From the human T2T-CHM13v2.0 reference genome, Homo sapiens, in the NCBI RefSeq assembly GCF_009914755.1, contig NC_060931.1: a stretch of DNA of 64,000 bases. One strand, 5' to 3'. Position 1 is the stretch's first letter; each line of letters begins with the position of its first letter. Positions 45,512-58,187 of the stretch are shown piece after piece. Under the pieces are notes generated by a model. That model was not told where the DNA came from and did no database searches. It worked only from the letters and a program-made list of their open reading frames with translations. The position numbers and the translations under genes were made by a program.

Positions 45512-45675
45512 ATATATATTTATATATATTATATATAAATTTATATATTATATATTAAATTTATATATTATATATATAAATTTATGTATAATATATAAAT
45601 TTATATATTATATATAATATATGTGTAAATTTATATATTATATATATAAATTTATATATTATATATATATATATA
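45512..45675. repeat. AT-rich quasi-palindromic tandem tract
   Basis: Iterated tatataaatttatata(t). Confidence 0.9.
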
Positions 45676-45759
45676 TCTCACATCCAGATTGGTGATATAT
45701 ATTATGCTATAGGTCACTCATCTTCAACCATTATCCCCCTTGACCTTAGGTCCTCATCT

Positions 45760-46600
45760 AGCTACCACTCATTTCTCTTCATATTTATACTTGCTCCTTT
45801 CCAGCAGCCTTCCCCATCAGGAAATGACAGCTTCAATCTTCCAGCTGTTCAGGCCAAAACACTTGGAATCATCCTTGGTACCTCTCTACCTCCCATATCC
45901 TACAAGAATCTACTGGCAAAGCCCATCAGTTCTACCTTTAATATCCATAATATCTTTTCTTTCTTCCTTCATCAATATCACTCATTCAAGCAACCATCAT
46001 GTCCTACATAAACTATTAAAATCCCCTACAGATTTATTTCCCTGTTTCAAGCCTTGCCCATAAAATCTATCATCTGCCAGCCAGGATTCCGGCCTTTTCA
46101 GTCTGAGAGTCAGACCAAGTCATTCCTCACTTCAAAACTCTTTAATGGCTTTCCATCATACAGCTTATGTCTTACCTTTAGCATGGCAGCAGAGGCCCAC
46201 ATGATCAGCTCCCCAATTGCCTTGCTGCTTTCATCTCCCACTGTCCTCCCTGCTCCCTCCACTGTTAGAATTCACAGAAGGTATTCTAATGTCAATGCCT
46301 TTGCACCAGTCAGTCTCTCTGTCCACAATGCTTTCCTTCCAGGTTTCCAAATTCCTGTAATTCTCTACTCACATATATCACCTTATCAGAGACTCCTTGA
46401 TCATCCTATGTAAAAAAGAATCCCTGGAACACTCTAATCCTCTTAATCTGTTTTACTTATTATTTATTTATATTCAGAGTACTACTCAACCAATAGAATA
46501 TATAATATCTTCCCCTACCAGACTATAAGTTTAATTAGGGCAGGAAATTTGTCTGTTTTATTCTCTGTTATATCCTTGGAATCTATAACGGTAATAATAC
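45760..46600 (+). mobile_element. L2a-like fragment
   Basis: caggccaaaacacttggaatcatccttg, ttcaaaactctttaatggctt, agggcaggaaatttgtctgttttattc. Confidence 0.8.
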
Positions 46601-46639
46601 AATTCCTTTCCTAAATGTATACTCTCATGCTCTCAGTAA

Positions 46640-46870
46640 ATACAATTTTAAGGTCATACTATGGCAGGCACTGTGATAGAAACTTTAAATATGATACTTA
46701 AATAAATCCAAAGATCAATCCTATGGAAAAAATAGGTATATCTTACAAATGAAGAACTGAAACTTAGGTAGCAAAATACCCAAGGTCACACAGCCAGAAT
46801 TTGACTGTGTTTTCAATTGATTAGAAAAATAAGCAAATAAAAATACCTGCTGAGTCCTGACTGCCTTCTT
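46640..46870 (-). mobile_element. MIR
   Basis: caggcactgtg..ttacaaatgaagaactga..cccaaggtcacacagc. Confidence 0.7.
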
Positions 46871-48789
46871 AATGCTAAGAGGAGATTTTGATAATTGTAG
46901 GTTCGTCCAGTTTGAACATTCCTTGCTTAATTTAGCCCTGGATTTTAAAGAACAGAGTGTTCTACTGTCACTAGGGGTGGGTAAAACATATACATGTCTA
47001 TTTCTAGGACAAGCCCACACTTGCCCTTGGGAAAAAGCCCTTTGGAAACTTTGCTTTGGAGTTTATATAGTAATTCCCCAATAAGATCTCTTCATCTTTA
47101 ACACATATGTTTTATAACAGTTAATATTTCATTCAGAAAACTAACCTGTATACCATTAGAAAAGAGTTTGATATATAAAGTGGGAATGATCTTTCAAAAC
47201 TCATATCCATGATTCAGCCAGTACAGACACTGAATTTGAATTCAGTTTTGTCATTTGCTAGCTACATGGCTTTAAATTTAAATACATTTAAATAATTTAA
47301 ATTTTTTAGCTTGTATGTGATATATGAACAAGGATATGAAGACATTTGGGAGATTGGAGATGGTACAACAAAAGCATTGAGATATAGTAGATATTTTATG
47401 AAAATAATTTCTATTCGTATTTGAAAAAGCATCCTATCACAACTACTCTATAGTCTGAAAACAATGGAGACCCTGCCTTTTTGAGTATTCTAATGAATCC
47501 ATTTAACCCATCCTGCCTTTCTCCTCATCCTCCTGTCAGTAAGAAAATGACATACAGAAAAGAAAATCTAAAAATATACAGAAGTAAAACATGGAAGGAA
47601 TTATCAATTCTTCCCTGTGAATCAGACTGTATGACTGCCTAAAATAGGCCTAACAATGTCATGTGTTTTTAATGGAACACTGTAAACCACAAAACAATGT
47701 GAAATGACTACTGTTTTCAGAAAGTGCTCTTTCTTTACTCACTTCATCTAAAATTGAACTAACAAAGAGCCCTATTTACCATTTGCATAAAGAAATGGGC
47801 CTACTCTAATATAATCTAAAACCAGATTTCAGGCCTAAAAATAATTCATATTAGTATGATTAACAAAGCTTTTGAATTAAGATTGTCAGTATTTTTGATG
47901 CACATTTCAATTGTTTGGATCATATCTTATTCCTAAGATCAAGATAGTAAAATTAATTTAAAAAATAATAAACTTAAAACAGCACTTTGGGGATGATACA
48001 AACACATTTTGAGGCAGTTCTTTAAAATAAAATACTTTTCATGTATCTCTCTTATTTTCCACTGAAACTACGTATTTCGTCTTAGTTTCCTAGTCATCCC
48101 TATTAAAGAGTAAAAAATGTACATTTCCTTATATTTATTTAACAAAAAATTACAAAATAATGACTTCTAAAGATGTAGCATCTCTTGAAGCACTTAAAAC
48201 ACAAAACAATATTCATACATAAAAGCAGGAAAATAAAATTTCAAAAATATCACTGAGTCTCTAATTGGAGCATCAAGTACGTGAGGTTGAAAAATGGAAG
48301 TGAGAATTATTTTCTCTACCCTTCAGTCTTTCTTGATGTTACTAAGAGAGAAGATTTTCTGTTTGTCCCTGAAAGTCTCAAGTAATTAATAATTGCACCT
48401 GTTGCAAGATAAGCCATTGCACTGCATACTTTTTAATACCTAAGATGGGAGAAGAAGGAATTTTGGACACAATATTATAGGTAAATTGAGCTTTTCACAT
48501 TCTTCCTCAGTGCCAAAATTCAGGACGTAAACAGCCAGACAGATTTTATTCCCCGTTCAGCACTATGGACAGCCAGCCAGAAGTAGTTTTCCCGTTCAAA
48601 TATAACAGATGCTGTGTTTCTTCCTTGTAAGGAAAGGATTTCACCACATTTACTTTAGAGAAAGTTGGCATGGCACAATCAGTTATGTGGAGTGACACCT
48701 GAACATAATTTATTTGTGTGCAGAGAAAATAGTTTGCTTAGTCATGTCTAGTAGCAAAAATATTTTCTTCACAAATAAGTGTGTTGCCA

Positions 48790-49160
48790 GTTATCAGTCA
48801 AGAGAGGGCAAGTTATGCCACAATAAAAAAGAAACCCCCAAAATCTTAGTGGCTTAAAACAACAGACTTTTATTTCTAACCCAGTTTACATATCCAAAGT
48901 AGGTGTTCAAATGAGATCCTGCTTAGCAAGCAACCTTGGGACCCAGGGTGACAGAAGTTCCATCTTGGGAAGTACATTCATGACTACTGAGGCAGGAAAA
49001 GAAAATGTGACAAATTACACTCTCAGTCTCAAAGCTCACAGTTTCTGTGCACAAATGTCATTTATCAATTCTGGCTTTATTTCATTGGCCAAAACAAGCC
49101 AAAAAGTCAAGCTAACTTCCAAAGGATGACAGGGATGTGCAATGATGAATGCCCAAGGAA
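48790..49160 (-). mobile_element. Old MLT1 (J/K-like) LTR
   Basis: ccccaaaatcttagtggcttaaaacaaca; atttcattggccaaaacaag. Confidence 0.65.
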
Positions 49161-50309
49161 GAATTAAAAGATTAATAAATAGTTTGAATGACTAGTTCAC
49201 CAACAATCAAATTTAAATAACATCCTATCCATTGCTCTTAAATAAAATATTGTGTTATTAATACACACTCACTGATCATCCACTTTAAATAGAGCAGAGC
49301 ACTATACTCCAGGAGAAAGACAGCAAATAAGATACAACTCCTGCTCTAACATATTTAAACAATACCACCACCAACACAATCTTCATCATAACTAATAACA
49401 ATAGCTAATAGAATAGGGCATTTTCTCTGTGTCCAGCACTGTTCAAAGGGTTTCTGGGGCAACTTTATACCTTATCTCTCAACAGGTAACCTGAAATGAC
49501 TACCATTGTTATCCTTAGTTGGAGATTTGATTCCTCCAAATAATTCTAAAATGTAAATATACAAATTGTACAGTTTACACTACAGGTGACGTTCAATTCA
49601 TATGAGATTTTTTTTTAAACCCCTTACTTAGCAGACAGTGTGGGACTGAGGGCCCTGAAAACAGAATAATATAATGATGATGAAGGGAATAATTTAGGGA
49701 AAATGTAAGAGCTTGGACTATGACCCAGAGGAAAAAATAGGCTCTACCAAAATGTGATCAACCATAGGTGAGTATGGGTCCCCTAGAAGCTGGCTGGGGA
49801 AGAAAGATGTTTTTATTTTTAAGGAAAGATTTATAGGTTAAAAAATACATGAAACTTTTGGGGGTCAAAAAGAATAACATTAATAATGTCACTCTTTATA
49901 CACACCCCATCATTTTTTACTACAGTTGGAAGGGATTTGCACCTATCACCCATACTTTCCCACCTAAATGCAGATTATAGCAACGATAAAGTAATACTTC
50001 TATTGCTGTAAGTGAAACACACAAGACTAGAGAGCATTGTCTTCAGTGGAAGAAGCGTGGGGGAGTTACCTTAGATATCCTGAAGAAATGTTTTCAGCAA
50101 GCATTGTTAAACACAAGCGAAAGCGAAATACCAAGGGCTGTTGTGGAATCTCTCTCTCTCTCTCCAGAGGGGTTTATTTACTACACAGAATTTTTTCATC
50201 AGGAGAGGTTTTAAACAATCCTGCTTAAAGTAAGAAAAATGGACTAACTTGATTAAGAAAAGGAAAAAAAAAAAAATTGGTAAATTGTGGTGGGTTAAAT
50301 GTATGCCCT

Positions 50310-50377
50310 TGAAGAGATTAGACCATGAGCTAGATAACCCGTTGGGGTCCCTTTCAAATCTGTGCTCCTGTGATTTC
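50310..50377 (+). mobile_element. MIR3/L3-type 3' end
   Basis: ctagataacc..ggtccctttcaaatctg..ctgtgatt. Confidence 0.45.
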
Positions 50378-50980
50378 AATAATTATGTTCAGTTGGGGGT
50401 AAATAGCTCCTGATAATTATGTGTGAGTCTATTCTCTTAACCTTTTGGCAAAGAGAGTATATGTATTACAAAACCATTTCAAACTGTGGTAGTAATTATG
50501 GTACACAATATAGAAATATTTGGATTATTACAAAATTTGAGGTAGCTAGGGCAATTGTCATTCATGCTATGTCCTATTTTGCATAAGAAAAGTAAATGTT
50601 TTGCATTTCCTACTTTTGTATATGTGTGTTATAGACCAAACAGAAATGCCAAACATCTTAGAGATAACTAGCTTTGAGATGAAACATCTTACCAGAATAG
50701 GAAGGGGAACTATATTTGACTTTTCATAAAAATTGCTTTAATACATTTTAATAAGATTCTAATAAAAAAAAATAGCGGGCAAACTGGCTCCAGTCTACTT
50801 ATTCAATGATATTCCCTGCTGTTTTTCAAAAGTGCAACTTTCCCCTGAAACTCCACTAAAACTTCTACTTTATTCTTGCCTTTTTACTTGAGCCTGCAGT
50901 TTCCTCCTCCATGTCTTTTCTTCATTCAAGTTGTGAAGGCCCAGATGAGATCCCACCTCTGACAAGAAACACTCTTCATT

Positions 50981-51287
<307 letters not shown>

Positions 51288-51700
51288 TAAATATTCCAAT
51301 TTATGCTCTTTATTTTCTTCATTTTTAATAATCAATTTGGTTACAATACCAAACTATACATTAAGAATTATTGTTTTAAATAGAAAACACAAAGTGAAAA
51401 ATGTATTTTGGAATAATTTAAAATGTTTTGTAGCCCACAAATTTCTTTCTATTATTTTTGTCTTTTTAATGTTTTATGTTCCTATATAATCTTCATTTTG
51501 CAAGGTTTATATATAATCCTCCTCTGAGAATGACTAATTTCTATTTCATATGTGACAGATAATAAATGCCCTAAGGTTAAGTATAAAGGGGTGAAACTAA
51601 CCCCACCAAATATTTTTCCTTAATCATGTCACAGAGTATGAAAGGTTTCCATTTCACTTACTGGAATTTATTATTAGAATAAATTATTAATTTATATTAA

Positions 51701-52108
51701 TAATTTTATATAAATTTTATATAAATAATATATAATTTTATATAAATAATATATAATTTTATATAAATTTTATATAAATAATATATAATTTTATATAAAT
51801 TTTATATAAATAATATATAATTTTATATAAATTTTATATAAATAATATATAATTTTATATAAATTTTATATAAGTAATATATAATTTTATATAAATTTTA
51901 TATAAGTAATATATAATTTTATATAAATTTTATATAAGTAATATATAATTTTATATAAATTTTATATAAGTAATATATAATTTTATATAAATTTTATATA
52001 AGTAATATATAATTTTATATAAATTTTATATAAGTAATATATAATTTTATATAAATTTTATATAAGTAATATATAATTTTATATAAATTTTATATAAATA
52101 ATATAATT
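51701..52108. repeat. 32-bp AT-rich minisatellite, ~12 copies
   Basis: Unit aaattttatataa(a/g)taatatataattttatat; G recurs every 32 bp from 51874 to 52066. Confidence 0.95.
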
Positions 52109-52659
52109 TATTAATTAATAAATTATTATAGATAACTAAGTCATTTTATGAAGGAGGAAATTGTAAATCACTGTTTGATGGGCTTTTTCAAGGTCGACTC
52201 ATGTGCCAGATGCTGATCTGGAATTCTGACAAAGTAAAGTAGTGTTTAAAAAGCATTCTTTCACAACAATTAAAAAAGTAATATCAATATAAAACATGAT
52301 TAAAAATAAGGAGTCGAATGACTATGTCACCAACAATCTAAAATTTAAATAATGCCCTGTCCATTGCTCCTAAATAAAATATTGTCTTATCAATACACAT
52401 TCACTGATCATCTGCTATAAATAGAAAAGAACACTATAGTCCATAAGGAAGATAACAAATAAGACATAGCCCTTTGTGCATTTTGCTTTACTCATCACCT
52501 ACCTTTTATGGTCAAAGTGGGATGGTAGATGACAGAAGAGATGGCACCAGCATTGGGAGTGGTGAGAAGTCAGAGAAGAAAGAAGTCAGAGTAAGAAAGG
52601 TAATGAGAAACTGGTAAAGTGAACATTGTCAGTACCTATTATGATTCAGAGTTTTAACA

Positions 52660-52785
52660 ATGAAGTAGCTACTGTTTTACTTGTAGTTGAAAAAATTGAT
52701 GTTGATGAAGGTTAAGTAATTAACCCAAAATCACACGGTCTGAAAAATTAGAACAGCTGAGGTTTAAACTCAGGTTTCTCAGATA
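52660..52785 (-). mobile_element. MIR
   Basis: ggttaagtaattaacccaaaatcacac..tttaaactcagg. Confidence 0.6.
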
Positions 52786-53714
52786 CCGTGGAATCTTTAT
52801 CTTCTCTCTGATCTCATTATACAGCTAGTTGCCTTTGTGTAAGTGACAAGTAAGTTTTTTTATTTTAGTACTTCATTTTATAGCTACTACTTCATTCTGG
52901 TAAAGCTTATAAGAGTTTGTATTTAATAGTATCAGCCACCATGTCCTCAGGATGCTTATTATAACTAGAGTGGCTTTATCAATAAAACAGGAATATACAA
53001 AGTCTGTTGCCTCAAGGTTATTCTCATTTGGACAGTAATTGATCAAGTATTGGTAAAATTTACCTCAATGACTTTATTTTTTCTATTATTTGAGTAGCTA
53101 GTATTTTTGTTGCTGTTGTTAAAATAAAATAGCTTTACAGGCATTCTAATTATAAATGTCAATATAAAAGACAGTTCAACTAGGTATTCAAGAGAAAGTG
53201 AACATAATTCATATGCTGCTGCCCAAAGATAAATACAATAAAATACAATAAAATTGGGGCTATCTTTCATACACATGCATGCATATATATTTTCTCAAAC
53301 ATGAGATTGTTATATATAATGGTTTATCAAATATCTTATATTTTCATCATATATGATACTGCAGGCATACACACATGCACACACATGTATATGTGTACTG
53401 TATACACACATAGAAAAACATACCCATCATACATTCTTATATAGTGGCTCAAAAATGGTCCAAAACATTATATTCTGATGGATATTAGAAAACTGTCTTT
53501 TAGAAAACTATAACTCCTTCTGTTAAAATCATTCTTTTATTTTTACATTGTAATACCTTATTTAACAAGTCTTGCAGAACTTCGGGTCATTTAATCTCTT
53601 CTGGATGCTTATTTTTGTTCTTATTATGTATTAAATTTATGGAACAACTTTTAGTAGTTATTATAATTTTATATTTTCCGGCCATTTTTCTAACATACAG
53701 AAAAAAAATTCTTT

Positions 53715-53917
53715 GATTTGCCAAACTTAGCCAAGAAATTGAAATAAAAAATTTTAGATAAATACAAATAATTTTAGGATAAGTATGTCCACTAACAATA
53801 TTTGGAACACACTTGAACAAAGCAAAATATAAAAACCCAGAAACAAAAACAAAAAACATCGTGTTGCTTATCTGGAGTTTACTTAATTGACTTTTATATT
53901 GTATCAAGCAACCATAA
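53715..53917. mobile_element. MER53-like hAT MITE
   Basis: ttgcca..ataagtatgtcc..caatatttgg..ttatctgga..gcaacc. Confidence 0.6.
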
Positions 53918-54330
53918 ATGTGATCCCTTGAGCTACAACAACCTATTATTAACACATTTTTGTTATTTTAAATGGTCCATCAATTCTATTTGTTTTCAGT
54001 AGAAAATGAGAAATGAAGAAAATGTTGGTGGTGTTCACTGAAGCCCTGTACTAAGAATCTTGATGCTATCTCTGGTCTTAAAAGGAAAAAAATGACACAA
54101 CTTATTAATAATACCTGCTATGGATATACTAAGAAGGAGTTATCACACTTGCCTTGAATTTGTCACATTTGAGATAATACTATGTCCTTCCCTCACTACA
54201 TATTTTAAAAGGAGAGACAAAATGAAAGTACATAAATTAGAAAAAAAAATGAGTGCTACTGTTGGAAAAGAAGATATAATATCATTAACTGTGGGTAATA
54301 TAAATATATACCTGTGTACCTGTGGACAGA

Positions 54331-54364
54331 GATAGATAGATAGATGATAGATAGATAGATAGAC

Positions 54365-54408
<44 letters not shown>
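54331..54408. repeat. Tetranucleotide STR (GATA)3GAT(GATA)4GACA(GATA)10GAT
   Basis: Read directly. Confidence 0.97.
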
Positions 54409-54820
54409 GCAAAACCATGTTTGCTCTTTTATTAAAACCTCTAAAAATAATATCCTGACATTTAGTAGGTAATCAATAATTATGCTCACTGAAAGTAGTT
54501 AAATAAATGATCTATTCTTTATTTAATAAGTCCTGGGAGAAAAGAGGGAGTTTCTCATTTTATATGGCCTCCATAGCTCAGAATGAATAAAGTGATAGGA
54601 ATGAGGGATTTTAAAATATTCAATAAGGTCTTCTGCAGACTTCCATACTAAAAAAAAATACAAATGATGAAAGGAACACATAATTTTGTGAGATAAATTT
54701 GTTCACTGACTTTGGTGTATTTCTGATTTGTATTTACTAATCAAAAGTCAGAACTGACATATACCTAATATTGAGAATAAAAATCTGAATAAACCTAGCT
54801 TAAAGAAAGTAAGCATGTTT

Positions 54821-57460
54821 AACCTACCAACCAAAAACAGCCTAGGACCAGATGGATTTACAGCTGAATGCTACCAGACGTACAAAGAGGAGCTGGTACC
54901 ATTTCTCCTGAAACTATTCCAAACAATTGAAAAGGAGGGAATCTTTCCTAATTCATTTTATGAAGCCAGCATCATCCTGATACCAAAATCTGGCAGGGAT
55001 ACAACAAAAAAAGAAAACTTCAGGCAAATATCCCTGATGAATATGGATACAAAAATCCTCAATAAAATACTGGCAAACTGAATCCAGCAGTCCATCAAAA
55101 AGCTTATCCACTATGATAAACTTGGCTTCATCAGGGGGATGCAAGGTTGGTTCAACATATACAAATCAAATGTAATTCATCACGTAAACAGAAGTAAAAA
55201 TAAAAACTATATGATTTTGTCAATAGACACAGAAAAGGCCTTTGATAAAATTCAACATCTCTTCATGTTAAAAATTCTCTATAAACTAGATATTGAAGTA
55301 ACATACCTCAAAATTATAAGAGCCACATATGATAAGCCCACAACCAATATCATATTGAATGGGCAAAAACTGGAAACATTCCCCTTGAAAACCAGCACAA
55401 GGCAAGAATGCCTTCTCTCACCACTCTTAGTCAACATAGCATTGGAAGTTCTGGCCAGGGAAATCAGGGAACATAAAGAAATAACAGGTTTTTAAATAAG
55501 AAGAGAGGAAGTCAAATTGTCTTTTTTTGCAGATGACATGATTCTATATCTAGACAATCCTACCATCTCAGCTGTAAAGTTTCTTAAGCTGATAAGCAAC
55601 TTCAGCAAAGTTTCAGGATACAAAATTAATATGCAAAATTTGCTAGCATTCCTGCACACAAACAACAGGCATGCAGAGAGCCAAATCATGAATGAACTCC
55701 CATTCACAATTGCTAAGAAGAGAATAATATACCTAAGAATACAGCTAACAAGGTATGTGAAGGACTTTTTCAAGGAGAACTACAAGCCAGTGCTCAATGA
55801 AATCAGAGAGGACACAACCAAATGGAAAAACATTCCACGCTCAAGGATAGGAAGAATCAATATTGTGAAAATGGCCATACTGCCCAAAGTAATTTGTAGT
55901 TTCAATGCCATTCCCATTAAACTACCACTGACATTCTTCACAGAATTAGAAAAAAACTATTTTAAAAATCATATGGAACTAAAAAAGAGCCCATAAAACC
56001 AAGACAATCCTAAGTGAAAAGAACAAAGCTGGAGGCATCACACTACCCGACTTCAATGCTACAAGGCTACAGTATCCAAAACACCATGGTACTGGTACAA
56101 AAACAGACACATTGACCGATGGAACAGAATAGAGAACTCAGAAATAAGACTGAACACCTACAACGATCTGATCTTTGACAAACTGACAAAAACAAGCAAT
56201 GGAGAAAGGATTCCCTGTTTAATAAATGGTGCTGGGAGAATTGGCTAGCCATATGCAGAAAACTGAAACTGGACCCCTTCCTTACACGTTATACAAAGAT
56301 TAAATCAAGATGGATTAAAGATTTAAATGTAAAACCCATAACTATAAAAACCCTAGAAGAAAATCTAAACAATACCATTCAGGATATATGCATGGCAAAG
56401 AATTCATGATGAAAACACCAAAAGCAATTGCAACAAATGCAAATCTTGATAAATGAGATCTAAATAAACTAAAGATCTTCTGCACAGCAAAAGAAGCTAT
56501 CATCAGAGTGAACAGACAACCTACAGAATGGGAGAAAATTTTTACAATCTAGCCATCTGACAAGGGTCTAATATCCAGTCGACGAGGAACTTAAACAAAT
56601 TTACAAGAAAAAAAAAACACTTAAAAGTGGGCAAAGGACATGAATAGACACTTCTCAAAAGAAGACATACATGCAGCCAATAAACATATGAGAAGCTCAA
56701 CATCACTGATCATTAGAGAAATGCAAATAAAAACCATCTCCTGCCCGTCAGAATGGTGATTATTAAAAAGTCAAGAAACAACAGATGCTGGTGAGGTTGT
56801 GGAGAAAAACAAATGCTTATACACTGTTAGTGGAAATGTAAATTAGTTTATTCATTGTGGAACACAGTGTGGCACTTCCTCAAAGATTTAGAACCAGAAA
56901 TACCATTTGACCCAGCAATTCCATTACTGGATATATACCCAAAGGAATATAAATCCTTCTATTATAAAGATACATGCACACATATGTTCATTGCAGCAAT
57001 ATTCACAATAGCAAAGACATGGAATCAACCCAAATGCCCATCAACGATAGACTGGATAAAGAAAATGTGGTACATATACACCATGGAATACTATGCAGCC
57101 GTAAAAAGGAATGAGATCATGTCCTTTGCAGGGACATGGATGGAGCTGGAAGCCATTATCCTCGGCAAACTAACACAGGAACAGAAAACCAAGCACAGCG
57201 TGTTCTCACTTATAAGTGGGAACTGAAAGATGAGAACACATGGATACATAGAGTAAAACAACACACACTGGGGCCTGTCAGGGTGGGGAAGAGTTGCGAA
57301 GGGCATCAGGAAGAACAACTAATGGGTGCTGGGCTTAATACTTAGGTGATGTGTTGATCAGTGCAGCAAACCACTATGGCACACGTTTACCACATAACAA
57401 ACCTGCACATCCCGCACATGTACCTTGGAACTTAAAATAAAAGTTGATAAATAAATAAAA
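54821..57460 (+). mobile_element. L1PA (PA10/11-like), 5'-truncated: ORF2 RT to 3'UTR
   Basis: ORF2 fragments [41 protein letters not shown]; A-rich tail; degenerate TSD aaa(g)taagcat. Confidence 0.94.
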
Positions 57461-57559
57461 AAATAAGCATTTTAAAGTGCATTGATGTCAGGGTGATGCT
57501 TGGATAAGAAGATGGTGGAATAACATGGAAAAACAACATTATTCTAAATCTATGTGAGG

Positions 57560-58030
57560 AGGTTACCAAAATATCTTCTCATTTGCCAGGCAATTTTATT
57601 TTAGGAATTCATACATGGGAAATAATCAAACAAGTGCATAAAGACATATGTATACTAATGATGACAACAATATAATTTATAAAAAGAAAATAAAACTAGA
57701 AACAACCAAAATTGCCTGCAATAATAAAATTGGGTACATGAATTATGGTACATTCAAATAAAGGAATATGATGAGATAAAATGGAGGAAGCATATCTCTA
57801 ATCCGAGGCATAAAAAGCACTTCATAGCAGATGAATAAGCAACATGTACAACATGAACCCATTCTTATAAAAATAACCTGTGTGTTCAAATATATTGCTA
57901 CATATCCGAAAGAAAATTTACACACCAACATATTAATAACTTGTAGTGAGATTCATAAGTATACGTTATGATTTTAGGCACTTTTTGTACTTTCTTCTAA
58001 TTTATATTTTTCTTAACTGTCAATAAAAGC
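57560..58030 (+). mobile_element. Ancient L1M (L1ME/MC) 3' fragment
   Basis: gcaattttattttaggaat..aaaactagaaacaaccaaaa..aattatggtacattca. Confidence 0.6.
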
Positions 58031-58187
58031 AATAACATTTCTGCTTTATAAATCTCTACCTGAAAAAAAAAAATGCTACTTCACATTTAACATGAATTTA
58101 GGTTTAGAAATTATATTTGCTACCATATTTTTAGAACACAATTATTCCTTACTTACCTGAGATAGATTAAATTTAAAAATTGTTTCA

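Noticed and set aside
45740-46413. Two adjacent ORFs over 100 aa
   Set aside because: Lie in decayed L2 sequence, start at TTG and show no recognisable domain motifs
50168-50229. Plus-strand exon-like segment after (TC)n-cag
   Set aside because: The pyrimidine tract is a microsatellite, the donor is weak and nothing else supports it
54815-57226. Long RT-like ORFs (up to 159 aa)
   Set aside because: Frameshifted fragments of L1 ORF2, not a novel reverse transcriptase system
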